64,000 nucleotides of DNA. Origin: Malacoraja senta (Eukaryota). Location: contig CM075987.1 of the NCBI GenBank assembly GCA_038087875.1, positions 23,562,001-23,626,000 on the forward strand, in the 5' to 3' direction. The notes below the pieces were generated by a model. It made no database searches. It was not told the DNA's origin and saw nothing but the letters and a program-made list of their open reading frames with translations. A program made the position numbers and the translations under genes. Positions 1 through 14,340 of the stretch are shown piece after piece. How positions within the stretch are numbered: the first letter of the stretch is position 1; each line of letters begins with the position of its first letter.

Positions 1-336
1 GCAGTATAAATATTGACTTCTCTAACTTTAAGTAACCCTTGCTTTTCCTCTCTCTCCACCCCCCCCTCCCCCTCCCTATTTCTCCGACCAGTCTGCATGT
101 CCCCCCTGATTAAATGTTATCTCTGTATGCTTCGTGGTCACCTTCTCCTAGCCAACAATGATCTATTCTCATCCCCTTTGATGTCTTGTTTTCACACCTT
201 ACACTTCCTTATCTCTGTGTCTCCCTCGCCCCCGACAGTCTAAAGAAGAGTCTCGACCCGAAACGTCACCCATTTCTTCTATCCAGAGATACTGCCTGTC
301 CTGTTGAGTTACTCCAGCATTTTGTGTCTATCTTCA
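1..336 (+). mobile_element. Penelope-like element 3' end (GIY-YIG C-terminus plus pseudo-LTR region)
   Basis: 3-35 reads SINIDFSNFK*, the same ORF end as at 31.3 kb, followed by the ...gtctcgacccgaaacgtcaccc...gagttactccagc terminal sequence. Confidence 0.75.
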
Positions 337-529
337 ATATTCATTACGCTGGGTTGTAACCTACCCATGCAAAATATTAAGCAAAAATATGGATTCACAA
401 TTCAGTAGAATCAAGTTATGGACAAATTTGCCCATCTAACAAACCACACGCCCTAACTTCCCATTTAAACACATCATCCATACAAACAAATCAGTCTAAC
501 CAGTGAATTGGAGTTAGTGTTCAGAGTTA

Positions 530-838
530 AGGGCCTGTCCCACTGTACGAGTTTACCCAAGAGCTCTCCCGAGTTTAAAAAAAAATCAAACTCGTGATAA
601 GCACTTAGAATGTACGTAGCGGGTACATCGGAGCTCAGGACGTCTCTTAGCGGCTCGTAAGGCTAACGGCAGGTACTCGGGAAACGCGGTAAGCTCGTGA
701 AGACTCGTGAAAAATTTTCAACATGTTGGAAAATGTCCACGAGAGCCCCGAGTACCTACGAGCGGCTATTACCGTAATTCTCCGAGTTCGAATCAGGGGA
801 AACTCGGGAGAATTAGCTCGTACAGTGGGACAGCCCCT
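530..838. mobile_element. Harbinger/PIF-like MITE
   Basis: TIRs agggcctgtcccactgtacgag / ctcgtacagtgggacagcccct; TTA on both flanks (527-529, 839-841). Confidence 0.75.
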
Positions 839-1354
839 TTAGTGTTGAGACTCTACTCCAAGACACACTTTAATTTCTCTGTCTCAACGTCTTGGTGATG
901 TTAAAATGAAGGGCAATGTACTCAATAAGCATTATGAACGCAGAAGTACTGTGTCAGTGTGTCGAGACGTTTCACTGTAAAACTCTGAGCTGAATGATAT
1001 TAGTTTTTCTTTTAGTTCTAGTTTATTATTTCTTTTAGTTCCAGATTATTATTGTCACTTTTACCGAGGTACAGTCAAAAGCGTTTTTTGTTGCGTGCTA
1101 TCCAGTCAGCGGAAAGACCAAACATGTTTACAATCAAGCCGTCCACAGTGTACAGATACAGGATAATGGAATAACTTTTAGTGCAAGATAAAGTCCAGTA
1201 AAGTCTGATTCAAGATAGTCCGAGGGTGTCCAATGAGGTAGATGGCGGCTCTCTAGTTGGCGATAGGATGGTTTGGTTGCCTGACAGTAGCTGGGAAGAA
1301 ACTATCCCCGAATCTGAAGATGTGCATTTTCAAACTTCTATACCTCTTGCCTGA

Positions 1355-1888
1355 CAATAGACAATAGACGCAGGAGTAGGCCATTCGGCCCTTCGAGCCA
1401 GCACCGCCATTCAATGTGATCATGGCTGATCATCCCCAATCAGTACCCCGTTCCTGCCTTCTCCCCATATCCCCTGACTCCACTATTTTTAAGAGCCCTA
1501 TCTAGCTCCCTCTTGAAAGCATCCAGAGAACCTGCCTCCACCGCCCTCTGAGGCAGGGAATTCCACAGACTCACCACTCTCTGTGAGAAAAAGTGTTTCC
1601 TCGTCTCCGTTCTAAATGGCTTATTCCTTATTCTTAAACTGTGGCCCCTGGTTCTGGTCTCCCCCAACATCGGGAACATGTTTCCTGCCTCTAGCGTGTC
1701 CAAGCCCTTAATAATCTTATATGTTTCAATGAGATACCCTCTCATCCTTCTAAACTCCAGAGTGTACAAGCCCAGCTGCTCCATTCTCTCAGCATATGAC
1801 AGTCCCGCCATCCTGGGAATTAACGCTGCACTCCCTCAATAGCAAGAATGTCCTGCCTCAAATTAGGGGACCAAAACTGCACACAATA
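1355..1888 (-). mobile_element. CR1-clade LINE 3' fragment
   Basis: YCVQFWSP...MAGLSYAERMEQLGLYTLEFRRMRG...HFFSQRVVSLWNSLP; (ctattgt)n tail. Confidence 0.92.
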
Positions 1889-2284
1889 CCTGATGGTAGA
1901 GGGGAGAAGAGGGAGTGACCAAATCAGTGTGAAGTGTATAGATGATATAAAACTAACACCACATACCCCTGAGATTACAGCACCATCCGGGTATGAGGAG
2001 AAAGTAATGGTTAATCCTGCCAAAGGACACAGGATTTTGTTTCTCACAGCCAAATGCATCATAATGAATTTGATAGCTGTTTTGGGCCCTTTGCTGGGTT
2101 ATGAACAGATCAAACTGGATTCAGTCCTGTTGGGAAGAGGCTTGTCACTGAGTTACTGCAGGGTATAGACCTCTCACTGTTTCAGAATGGAGTTCAGTGT
2201 TGACATTTTCTCGCACCGGGGTCATTGTACAATTGGGCTCCAGACTTTAAGAAAGAAGGTGCAATTACCAGATTAGCTGTGTAA

Positions 2285-2442
2285 AGGGCCTGTCCCACAT
2301 GGTCGTGAGTAGTCGCCCAAAGAGTCGTGCCTTTTTCTGGTCGCCGCTGGATTTTCAACATGTTGAAAATTTTCGGCAACCTGCTGCGACTATGACGGGT
2401 GCCGGCAGTCGCCGAAGAAATCTTGTAAGTGGGACAGGCCCT
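2285..2442. mobile_element. Harbinger/PIF-like MITE (short)
   Basis: TIRs agggcctgtcccac / gtgggacaggccct; TAA on both flanks. Confidence 0.75.
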
Positions 2443-5400
2443 TAACCGATTCTCTTATTCTCAGACAGATACAATGTCGAGAATATTTTATCGAGACGAA
2501 GAGCAAATTATGATTTTTTTCTTTGGTAAATATGTTCTTCAAGAAATTCATATTCTTCACACAAGAGTCTTTCAGCGAAACAGCATCGAAACATGCTATT
2601 TGGGCCAACTTGCCCATGCCGACCAAATTGGTGTTCCAAATGGTTCCATTTGCCTGAATTTGACCTCTATCAATCAAAACCCTTCCTATCCATTTCTGAT
2701 AGAGTCATAGAATTACACATATTTATATTGTAGCCTCTATTTCAACATTAATACTAAAACTGGCTTCTGGGAATAAATAAAGGATCTTAATTACTGTTTT
2801 AATCTTGGTTCCCACCAAACCAGCCAGAAGTCCTAAAGCCATTTGCCACTCTGACATTTATATGGCCAAGGGCTTGGAGTCAACACATTGATTCTCTGAT
2901 ATTCTCTAAACTGATCAAAGCAAACAGACAGATAAACAAACAGACTATGAAGAAGGGTCTCGACCCGAAACGTCACCCATTCCTTCTATCCAGAAATGCT
3001 GCCTGTCCCACTGAGTTACTCCTGCTTTTTGTGTCTATCTTTGGCAGAGTAGACTTGATGGGCCGATTGGCCTAATTCTGCTCTCAAAACCTATGAACTC
3101 CAGTTGTTCTCACAGTCCTGTGCTCCTTCAGTAATAATAATAATAATAATAAAAGATTTTATTTATGGGCGCCTATACAAAAGTCTCAAGGACAACTTAC
3201 AAAATTTAACAAAGAAACATATAATCAGAGTAAAATAAGTTATAAAGACATCACCAATACACAAATTAAAGACAGAAATTCGATCCAAAAAAGACAACAA
3301 CAAAATTCAGAAACACAATGTGAACACAAGTACTCGATTTTCAATTTCAATTTCAATTTAAAAAACTTTATTGGCATGATAAAATACATCGTTATTTTGC
3401 CAAAGTATAAAACATAACATACATACTTAAAATGCATAAATATAAATACAAATATACAGAGCATGGATAGATATGTCCCTGTACATAAACTCGCAATAGA
3501 CCTATTCATTCTCTAACATGGTAGTTCCCTCTCTCTCTCTCTCTCTCTCTCATGTCTTTTTGAGAGGACAGCGCTCCCTCAGCACCCAAGACTCTGTCTG
3601 CCCTGCCTCTCCAGAACTGCATTGGTATTTTACTTGCATTTAACCGAGATCTAGATTAGATCTTGGGCTCAGGATCTTATGCAAGAATTGCATCTTCAGA
3701 AATGCGTGCTACTAACCAAAGATACTAGAGAGAGCTCCTCTTGCATCTTTGCTACTAACCAAGCCAAAATGTGGAATAATAGTTTGACACATTTTCACAG
3801 GGAGTATCAGAATAAACATGGAAATTAAAAATATCTGTGGGCAAAATTGCCTGCAGATGGTACTTTTTAAATTGTTTTCCATGATCTGTGTATCATATAA
3901 TGTGTCCGATGCAATATGGTCTTGATCCAAAATATTTTTCGACAAGAGCGAGAAAGCTAATTACTTAAAGATGACAACTTTTGACCTGGTAACTGAATAC
4001 ACAAATACTTTTTGCAAATACCAATCCAGCAGCAAAAAAGTGGCTCAGAAGTGATGAAGCCAGGCATTAGTTCCATTCCCATTTGTGCCTTTTGCAGCTG
4101 CAGAATGACACTGTACAAAATTCCCACCAATGTTAAGCTGATGCCGAGATTTCCACTTGTCATACAATGAGAGGCGAGAAGTTTACGTATATTGTCGTGT
4201 CATTCGTAAATGTGTGTTTTGTGTCAAAGCAGGGAAAATGAATCAGATTTAGACTTTAGAGACACAGCGCGAAAAAAAGGTCCTTCGGCCCACCGGGTCC
4301 GCACCTGGCAGCGATCACCCTGTACACCTACACTATCCTACACACTAGGGACATTTTTTAACAATAGACAATAGACAACAGGTGCTGGAGTAGGCCATTC
4401 AACCCTTCGAGCCAGCACCGCCATTCAATGTGATCATGGCTGATCAGCCACAATCAGTACCCCGTTCCTGCCTTCTCCCCATATCCCCTAACAAAGTCAA
4501 TCAACCTATAAACCTGTACGTCTTTGGAGTGTGGGAGGAAACTGGAGCACCCGGAGAAAACCTATGCAGTCACAGGGAGAACGTGCAAACTCCATACAGA
4601 CAGCACCCGTAGTCCTGGCGCTGTAAGGCAACACTACGCCACCGTGCCGCCCTTGTGAAGAGTGGTTTATTATTGTCACGTGTACCAAAGTACAGTGAAA
4701 AGCTTTTTGTTGTTGCGTGCTATCCAGTCAGTGATAATACCATTCATGATTACAATCAAGCCGTCCACAGTGTACAGATACTGGATAAAGGGAATAACAT
4801 TTGGTGCAAGGTAAAGCCCAGTAAAGTAAGATTAAAGATAGACTGAGGGTCTCCAATGAGGTAGGTCAGAACCAATCCCTAGTTGGTGATAGGGTGGTTC
4901 AGTTCCTCGATTACAGCTGGGAAGAAACTGTCCCTGAATCTGCATTGGGAAAACAAAGGAACGTCACAAAATGCCGGAGTAACTCAGCATGCTGCCTTCT
5001 TCTTCTTCTTCTTGCGTATGGCGTGCACAGCCTAAAGTTGGAGGTCAACTTGACTGACCCGCTGAGTTACTCCAGCGTTTTGTTCTTTCCTTGGTAAACC
5101 ACCATCTGCAGTTCCTTGTGTCTACATTTTAGAAAAACAAAGATGCGTGTTTAAAAGTAAGTAAGTTTATTGGCCAAGTATTCACATACAAGGAATTTGC
5201 CTTGGTGCTCCGCCCACAAGTAACATCTCCTGATTAGGATCCAACCTAGTTCAGTGAATACAGAGGTGATAAGGATATGGGTTATGTTGGGAATTAGGAT
5301 ACAGGCAAATGAGCTGCTTAACAAGGCATGGAAAGTGGAGTGTACGACATGATGGTCAAGGAAAGGGCTGCACCCGTACTTTAGCTGGGGCAGAGGTGGA

Positions 5401-5569
5401 GACAGGCAGTGTCAGGTCGAATTTGACAGGTTTTGCTAATGAAGTGGATGTGTGTGGTTGGAAGGCTCACCTCAGGGTCAAACAGGATGCTAAGGTTGCA
5501 ATGATATAGTGGCTGTGAAGGGAAAGGAATCAGGGAAAGGCTCGTGTAACCAGCTTGCTCTACCCGAAT

Positions 5570-6030
5570 CCCAGGTTAATTCCCGGGTTGGCGGGACTGA
5601 CATATGATGAAAGAATGGATCGACTGGGCTTATATTCACTGGAATTTAGGATAAGAGGGGATCTTCTAGAAACATAAAAATTAAGGGATTGGACAGGCTA
5701 GATGCAGGAAAAATGGTCTCAATGATGGGGGAGTCCAGAACCAGGGGTCACAGTTTAAGAATAAGGGGTAGGCCATGGCCATTTACGACTGAGATGAGGA
5801 ATAACATTTTCACCCAGAGAGTTGTGGAATTCTCTGCCACAGAAGGCAGTGGAGGCCAATTCATCGGATGTATTCTAGAGAGAGTTGGATCTAGCACTTA
5901 GGGCTAAAGGAATCAAGGGATTTGGAGAGAAAGCTGGATTCTGAATGATCAGCCATGATCATATTGAATGGCGGTGCTGGCTCGAAGGGCCGAATGGCCT
6001 ACTCCTGCACCTATTCTCTATGTTTCTATA
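5570..6030 (+). mobile_element. CR1 3' fragment
   Basis: GESRTRGHSLRIRG...FTQRVV motif and CR1 3' UTR ending ctatgtttctat. Confidence 0.88.
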
Positions 6031-7239
6031 ACGCAGAACGATACAACCCAAGAGGGGAGATTAAAATACATAAATCACAATAAATTCACGTCAAAGGCTA
6101 GAGGGCACAGTTTTAAGGTGAGAGGGGCAAAGTTTAAAAGGGATATAGGGGGCAAGTTTTGTTTTACACAGAGGGTGGTGAGTGCCTGGAACGCACTGCC
6201 AAGGGTGGTAGCAGGCAGATACAATAGTGCAGTTAGGAGGCTTTTAAATATGCAGGTATTGGAGGTGTACGGATCATACACAGGCAAAGGACTCTAGTTT
6301 AACGGCATCGTGACCAGCACAGGCATTGTGGGCTGAAGGGCCTGTCTCTGTGCTGTACTGTTCTATGTTCTAAATTCATATCCCTACTAGTTGATTCAGC
6401 ACAGAGGAAAGTTTCTGATAAAGCAGAAATGGGCTTGTTTGGTGTGAAACTGGTCTTCTCGGGGTTTGGACACCTAAACCCAGGGAGTGAGGGAAGGGGA
6501 TAAAATGCAGTTTAGATGTCACCAGTGAATCCTACAAAAGCTTTTACAGATTCTCTGAAGGAAGCACATCCTATGATTAGGCAGCAAACGAAAATCTGGG
6601 TCAACCAGTCAGCACCATGTGACAGGGCAGGCGTGGCTACTGCCAGAGCTCACTGTAGATTTATTGAAAACAAGACCCGTGACGTTGTTTTAAGTCCGCC
6701 GCCAAGATTTTACTCAGCTTCACATCAACTCCCATCATACACTTTCCATTTTATTATTTCACCACACCTCTTCTTGGCTGAACTTCTTCCAGGCGTCAGA
6801 CTTCACTGGCTGTTGCCCACCAGAGTGGAGGCACCACCCAGGCCAATGCCCGCCAGGGCAGGGGTCCCATGGGCACACTAGTAGGTTTCCCCCACTAGAA
6901 TCCCCTGCAGCGATTCAAGGGGGGCAGCTCAATACCACCTTGTCAAAGGAACGTTAGCAACGGACAAACACTGAGTAATGAAAAATAATGTTCCACAGGA
7001 ATAGAGAGAGAAGGAACTGCAGATGCTGGTTTATTAAAAAAAAAGACAAAGTGGTGGAGTACGCAGCGCCAGAGATCCGGGTTCGATCCTGACTAAGGGT
7101 GCTGTCTGTACGGAGTTTGTACGTTCTCCTCGTGACCTGCGTGGGTTTTCCCCGAGATCTTCGGTTTCCTCCCACATTCCAAAGACGTACAGGTTGGTAG
7201 GTTAATTGGCTTGGTATAAATGTAAAATGTAAAATGGGG

Positions 7240-7988
7240 TTAGGTTAGGTAAGGGGGAGGTGCAACGAGACCTGGGCGTCCTTGTACACCAGTCACTGAA
7301 AGTTGGCGTGCAGGTACAGCAGGCAGTGAAGAAAGCTAATGGAATGTTGGCCTTCATAACAAGAGGATTTCAGTATAGGAGTAAAGAGGTTCTTCTGCAG
7401 TTGTATAGGGCTCTGGTGAGACCACGCCTGGAGTATTGTGTACAGTTTTGGTCTCCTAATTTGAGGAAGGACATCCTTGTGATTGAGGCAGTGCAGCGTA
7501 GGTTCACGAGATTGATCCCTGGGATGGCGGGACTGTCATATGAGGAAAGATTGAAAAGACTAGGTTCGTATTCACTGGAGTTTAGAAGGATGAGGGGGGA
7601 TCTTATAGAAACATATAAAATTATAAAAGGACTGGACAAGCTAGATGCAGGAAATGTTTCCCCCAATGTTGGGCGAGTCCAGAACCAGGGGCCACAGTCT
7701 TAGAATAAAGGGGAAGCCATTTAAGACTGAGGTGAGAAAAAACATTTTCACCCAGAGAGCTGTGAATTTGTGGAATTCCTTGCCACAGAGGGCAGTGGAG
7801 GCCAAGTCACAGGATGGATTTAAGAGAGAGTTAGATAGAGCTCTAGGGGCTAGTGGAATCAAGGGATATGGGGAGTAGGGAGGCACGGGTTATTGATTGG
7901 GGACGATCAGCCATGATCACAATGAATGGCAGTGCTGGTTCGAAGGGCCGAATGGCCTCCTCCTGCACCTATTTTCTATGTTTCTATG
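7240..7988 (+). mobile_element. CR1 3' fragment inserted in an HE1 SINE (SINE halves ~7065-7235 and ~7988-8090)
   Basis: QRDLGVLVHQSLK...YRALVRPRLEYCVQFWSP; the SINE sequence resumes after the tail. Confidence 0.9.
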
Positions 7989-8364
7989 TCCATAGTGTGT
8001 GTAGGAAAGTGTCAATGTGTGGGGATCGCTGGTCGGTGAGGACTCAGTGGGTTGTAGGGCCTGTTTCCACGCTGTATCCTTAAACTAAATAAATTCAGCG
8101 GGTCAAGCAGTATCGCTGGAGAACATGGATAGTCGACGTTTCGGGTCGGGATCTTTTCTCAGATTCTACATTGATTCACACTGGGTTATGGGCTTCAAGT
8201 ACGTGCTCTCGCTGGTGTGTTCATGCCATAGTACAGGTCCAATTTGAAAGTCAATGAAAGATATTAAGGAGAGATGCAGCAGGGGCAATTGGTTTGATAT
8301 GGCGTACTTCACAAAATGGCTACCCCACCCCCCCACCCCCCGAGGACAGGCCCAAGCCAACGAA

Positions 8365-8720
8365 TACTCTCTTGAACTTCTGCAGGTGTATAGCGGGGAG
8401 CAGATTGACCAGTTGCATCATGGCCTGGTTCCAGCAACTCAAACGTCCAGGAACGAAGAAGACTGCAAAAAGTCAGGAACACTGCCCAGTCCATCACTGG
8501 TTCTGACCTCCGCACCGTCGAAGGGATCGATATGAGTCGCTGCCTCAAAAAGGCAGCCGGCATCATCAGAGACCCACACCACCCTGGCCACATCCCATTG
8601 GGAAGAAGGTACAGGAGCCTGAAAACTGTAGCATCCAGGATCAGGAGCAGCTTCCTCCTTACAACTATCAGGCTATTAAACACTACAACCTCCAAATAAG
8701 CTCTGAACGACAGTCTTGGG
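8365..8720 (+). mobile_element. Rex1/Babar LINE 3' fragment (degenerate)
   Basis: Similar to the 10.3-kb copy (LNFCRC, IIRDPHHPGH, GRRYRSLKT). Confidence 0.75.
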
Positions 8721-8763
8721 GGTGTTATTTTTGACTTTGCACTATTGTTTGTTTATAGATATG

Positions 8764-8809
<46 letters not shown>

Positions 8810-8889
8810 ATGTTTATATATATATGTATATGTTTATAGATATATATATATACACACATATATATACACACACCCACATATACATATAC

Positions 8890-9068
8890 AAAAATGCTGG
8901 AGAAACTGAGCGGGTGCAGCAGCATCTATGGAGCGAAGGAAATAGGCAACGTTTCGGGCCGAAACGTTGCCTATTTCCTTCGCTCCATAGATGCTGCTGC
9001 ACCCGCTGAGTTTCTCCAGCATTTTTGTGTACCTTCGATTTTCCAGCATCTGCAGTTCCTTCTTTAAC
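8890..9068. mobile_element. Penelope-derived fold-back repeat, family B, inside (TA)n/(CA)n
   Basis: Near-perfect palindrome centred on gtttcgggccgaaac; related copies at ~15955-16143, 48537-48742, 53313-53659. Confidence 0.8.
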
Positions 9069-9119
9069 ACATATACATATATATATACACACACACACAA
9101 TAAACAATATATATATATA

Positions 9120-9161
<42 letters not shown>

Positions 9162-10119
9162 ACCCACACAAAAGTTATATCTAGATATTTAAAAAGTTAT
9201 ATATATAGATTTTTAAATTGGAGTTTTTAATTATTTTTACAGAGTACTGTGTCCACTTCTCTGTTGTGCTGCTGCAAGTAACAATGCCATTGTGCCATTG
9301 ACAATATGACAATAAGCCACTCTGGACTTGACGTCACTGAAGTGACTGTAACTAAATGATATTGCAGATGGAGAATGCTCATCTGTTCTGAGTATCACCG
9401 GTGGCCAGCGAACGATATCCATTTCTGGTCCACTGATTCACCAGGGACCACACAATTAGCAGCAGCAAACCGCACATACACAACACTTATACTCTCAAGA
9501 TTCTCCGCATAGGTGTTAACAGACAAGTGACATGGTGCCACATGAGCAGATGTTAGAGATAGGCGCACTGAGAATTCCGCATGTATTTTTTGTGTTTCGA
9601 TTTTATTACAAATAAAGTTTACTTTTTAAATTTTAAAAAATTGGAAATAGGCAGAAACAAACTTTTGTAAAAGCCCAAAGAGAATTTTTTTAAAGTAATG
9701 CACCCAGTAGGTCAGCCAGCGTCCGAGGAGAGAGAAGGAAAGATTACAGGTCGATGACCTTTCATCTAATTCTGACAAAATGCCATAGATCTGAAACATG
9801 GACTCGGTTCCTCTCGCCGCATCTTCTGCCCAAACACTTTGAAGATTTTTCTGCTTTTAAACCAGATTTGCAATATCAGCCGTTTTTATTCCTGATTTAA
9901 GGTTTGGTCAAAAGTTGTGGGATTTAAAGGTTTTAAAACAATTAAAATAAAAATAATGATTTAATGAGAGTTGGTGCATTGGCGCAAGAAGCCTAGAGCA
10001 CCTCACCACAGTTCAGCTGAAGGATATTGTGGTCATTCATTGTGAAGCCACAATAACACTGCGTATCCTGTGCTGAAAGCACCAGCACACCAGGTCAAGT
10101 CAAAACCAAGTCAAGAGAG

Positions 10120-11165
10120 TTTATTGTCATGTGTCCCTGATAGGACAATGAAATTCTTGCTTTGCTTCAGCACAACAGAACATAGTAGGCATTGACTACA
10201 GAACAGATCAGTGTGTCCATATACCATTATATAAATATATACACACATGAATAAATAAACAGATAAAGCGCAAATAAACAGATAATGGTCTATTAATGTT
10301 CAACGTTTTGGTTCATTTGAGTTTAATAGCCTGATGGCTGTGGGGAAGTAGCTATTCCTGAATCTGGACGTTGCAGTCTTCAGGCTCCTGTACCTTCTAC
10401 CTGAAGGTAGCGGGGAGATGAGTGTGTGGCCAGGATGGTGTGGGTCCTTGATGATGCTGCCAGCCTTTTTGAGGCAGCGACTGCAATAGATCCCCTCGAT
10501 GGAAGGGAGGTCAGAGCCGATGATGGACTGGGCAATGTTTACTACTTTTTGTAGTCTTTTCCGTTCCTGGGCGCTCAAGTTGCCGAACCAAGCCAGCATG
10601 CTCTCTACTGTGCACCTGTAGAAGTTAGAGAGAGTCCTCCTTGACATACCGACTCTCCGTAATCTTCTCAGGAAGTAGAGGTGCTGATGTGCTTTCTTTA
10701 TCATTGCATCAGTGTTCTCGGACCAGGAGAGATCTTCAGAAATATGCACGCCCAGGAATTTGAAGCTCTTGACCCTCTCCACCACATGTTGATGGTGGAG
10801 AGGGTCGCCATCCTACACCTTCCAAAGTCCACAAACAGTTCTTTGGTTTTGCTGGTGTTGAGGGCCAGGTTATTGTGCTGGCACCATTTGGTCAGTCGGT
10901 CAATCTCTCTTCTATACTCTGACTCGTCCCCATCAGTTATACGTCCCACAAAAGTGGTGTCGTCAGCGAACTTGATGATGGGGTTCGCACAACGACCGGC
11001 TACGCAGTCATGAGTATAGAGTGAGTACAGCAGGGGGCTGAGCACGCAGCCTTGAGGTGCTCCCGTGCTGATTGTTATCGAGGCTGACACATTTCCACCA
11101 ATACGAACAGTCTGTGAATGAGGAAGTCGAGCATCCAATTGCAGAGGGATGCGCAGAGACCAGGT
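10120..11165 (-). mobile_element. Rex1/Babar-clade LINE RT fragment, frameshifted
   Basis: ISTGAPQGCVLSPLLYSLYTHDC, IIKFADDTT, NLALNTSKTKEL, VERVKSFKFLGVHISEDLSW, SGRRYRSLKTATSRFRNS. Confidence 0.9.
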
Positions 11166-11513
11166 GGAGTTTGGTACAAGAAGCGTATGCACACACTTGC
11201 AAATGAAAACTGCAATTAGGGACCTTAATTACAGCAAGTTTTAGGATGTATGTGGAGACAAGGTTTCTTCTTGTGGAAGAATCTAGGACCAGAAGTCACT
11301 GTTTAAAAATAAACATTGCTCATTCAAGACAGAGGTGATGTGATTTCACCCCCCCACCCCCCACCCCCCACCTTTGAGGGTTACCAGTCTTTTGAACTTT
11401 CTTTCACAAAGGGTAGTGGAACTGTAAAGACGAAAGGAGATAAATTCTTGATAAGCAAGGAGTTGAAAAGTTACCAGGAGTAGATGGCGAGATTACAATC
11501 AGACCTGACCTTA

Positions 11514-12210
11514 AGGGCCTGTCCCACTTACGTGTCCTTGGCACGCAAATTACGCGACTTCGTGGTCGCGTTGATGCGCACGGGCATCGTATGGCCGCGC
11601 GGGGCCGGTCCCACTTAGAAGCGCGGAGGGGTATGTGGTTGTGAGCGACATCGCGCGGGGCTCCGAAATTTTTGTAGTGAACAAAATCTTCGCGCGCCAA
11701 CGGCCTGTCGCGTAACTGACGGCCAAAGTGGGACAGGCCCAGGACCCTGGCGCAACGCAACGTCTCACCTTCAACAGCAGCAGAAGCAGGCAAACGATCG
11801 CCGAGCTCGGCCTGGGGCTCACGGCCGTTGCGGATCCGGATCCGCCCCCCACTTCTACTCCCAGAACGGGGCCAAGAAAATTGAAGATGGACACAAAATG
11901 CAGGAGTAAATCAGCGGGACCGGCAGCATCTCTGGAGAGAAGCAATGGGTGACGTTTCGGGTCAAGACCCTTCCTTTCAGACTGAAGAAGAGTCTCGACA
12001 CGAAACGTCACCCATTCCTTCTCTCCAGAGATGCTGCCGGTCTCGCTGAGTTACTCCAGCTTTGTGTCCATCTTCGAATGACGTCACGCGTTCCAGACGG
12101 CTGTGCGTACGCATGAAATCGCACCCGACCTTCGTGGGACCGTCGCGGCTCAACGCGACCACGAGGGCGCGTAATTTGCGTGGCAAGGACACGTAAGTGG
12201 GACAGGCCCT
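11514..12210. mobile_element. CpG-rich MITE with ~60-bp TIRs, containing a Penelope-derived fold-back
   Basis: agggcctgtcccacttacgtgtccttggcacgcaaattacgcg... mirrored at ~12150-12210; internal palindrome ~11882-12076; TSD not evident. Confidence 0.7.
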
Positions 12211-13624
12211 CTGATAAACAGCAGGAAAGACACAAAGCGCTGGAGTAACTCAGCGGGTCAGGCAGTATCCCTGGAGAGCATGGATAAACTCCATAGAAGG
12301 CTTCTAACCCAAAACATATCTGCTCATTCTCTACCGATGTTGCCTGACCCACTTTTAGAGATACAGCATAGAAACAGGCCTGAAGAAGGGTCTCGACCTG
12401 AAACGTCACTCATTCCTTCTCTCAGATACGCTGCCTGTCCCGCTGAGTTACTCCAGCATTTTGTGTCTCTCTTCGGTGTAAACCAGCATCTGCAGTTCCT
12501 TCCCACACACGGAAACCGGCCCTTTGGCCCACCGAGTCCACGATGACAATCGATCAATGATTCGACAATGCATTATTGTCACATGTACCTTGGTACAGTT
12601 AAATTCTTTGTTTACAATCCAGTAAAAACCATACAGCAGACCTTGCCTGGGCAGCACACAAACAGTCACCATGTATCTGGAGCAGACAAAGTTTAAAAGG
12701 TTCACACTAGTTCTATGTTATCCAAACTTTCCCATCCACTCCCTACACACCGGGGACAATTAATAGAGGCCAATTAACCTCTCGAAACCCACATGTCTTT
12801 GGGATGTGGGAGGAAGTCCAGCAGGGAGAATGTGTAAACTCCACAGAGACAGCACCCATGGTCAGGATCGAGCCCGGTTCTCTGGCACCGTGAGGCAGCA
12901 GCTCTACCAGCTGCGCCAATGTGCCCAGCATTTTGTTTCTTTAGCTCAAGATTCCAGCATCTGCAGTCTCAAATGTGTTCCAGATTCATTTTATATCTGC
13001 AAGTGGAGATAAGTCACTAACAAACTACTGAGTGCTCCCCACTCAAATTCAACTGTCAGCAGTAAGTCTCCACACACCCAAGTGGAGGCCAAGTCAATGG
13101 ATATTTTTAAGGGGAAGATTGATAGATCCTTGATTAGTACAGGTGTCAGTGGTTATGGGGGGCAAAGACACAGGAGAATGGGGTTGAGAGGGAAAGATAG
13201 ATCAGCCATGAGTGAATGGCGGAATAGACGATGGGCCGAATGGCCTCATTCTGCTCGTATAACTTAGGAACCGGTTTCATCACGACAACATATTTCTCCT
13301 CAAACTTAATTCTCAAACTTAATTCTCAAACTAGCCGAAGCAATAAAGGAAACGCGCCTCAGGCTGTAAGCAAAGAGTTAAAAACAAATCTACAGGATGG
13401 CGTTCTCTGGTTTAACACATCTCGCTCTGTAGACCCATCCTCAAGTGTAAAATGGGTTCAAACAAATGGAGAAACCTCCACCCCTCCCTGGGAAAAAAAA
13501 TGAGACTTGGAGAAGAAGGCATGGTCTATTTTTACACCCAGGAGTGCGATAGTACAAGGGCTTTCTCTCAAGTGTATAATGAGACTAAAAGTTCAGGCGG
13601 CGTGTGTGGCTGGAGCCGGCAGCA

Positions 13625-14230
13625 CCCATCCCCCCCCCCCCTCTCTCCATCTCGCCTTCCCTCTGTCCCCCCCCCCTCCCTCTCTCCATTCCTCCCCTCC
13701 CTCTGTCTCTCTGTCTCCTTCCCTCTCTCCTCCCCTCCCCCTTTCCTCTCTCCCCCCGTCTTTCTCTCTCCCCCCCACCCCTATCTTCATCCCCCTCCCC
13801 TTTCCTCTCTCTTCCCCTTCTTTCTCCCACTCCTTTCTCTCTCCCACCCCTTTCCCCTCTTCCCCCTCCTCTCTCTCTCCCTCATCTCTCCTCCCTCCTC
13901 TCTCCCACTCCTTCCTCTCTCTCTCTCCTTTCCTCTCTCCCACTCTCCTTTCCTCTCTCTCTCCCTCATCTCTCCTCCCTCCTCTCTCCCACCCTTCCTC
14001 TCTCTCTCTCTCCCCTCCCCCCTACCCCCTTTCCTCTCTCACCTCTCCTCTCTTCTCCCCTCATTTCCTCTCTCCCTCCTCTCTCCCACCTTTCCTCTCG
14101 CTCTCCCCCACCCCCACCCCACCCCCTTTCCTCTCTCTTCCCCCCCCCCTTCATCTCTCACCCCCCCACCCCTTCATCTCTCACCCACCCACCCCCTCAC
14201 CCCCTCACCCACCCCTCTGCCTCTCCCCTG
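13625..14230. repeat. C/T-rich low-complexity polypyrimidine tract
   Basis: ~600 bp almost only C/T; source of spurious Pro/Ser/Leu ORFs. Confidence 0.95.
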
Positions 14231-14301
14231 TACAACAAACAGCAGCTGGCAGCTTTTTGCTTGCTCAGCCTTTCACGGAAAAAGGTCCCGATTGAGCAAT
14301 C

Positions 14302-14340
<39 letters not shown>

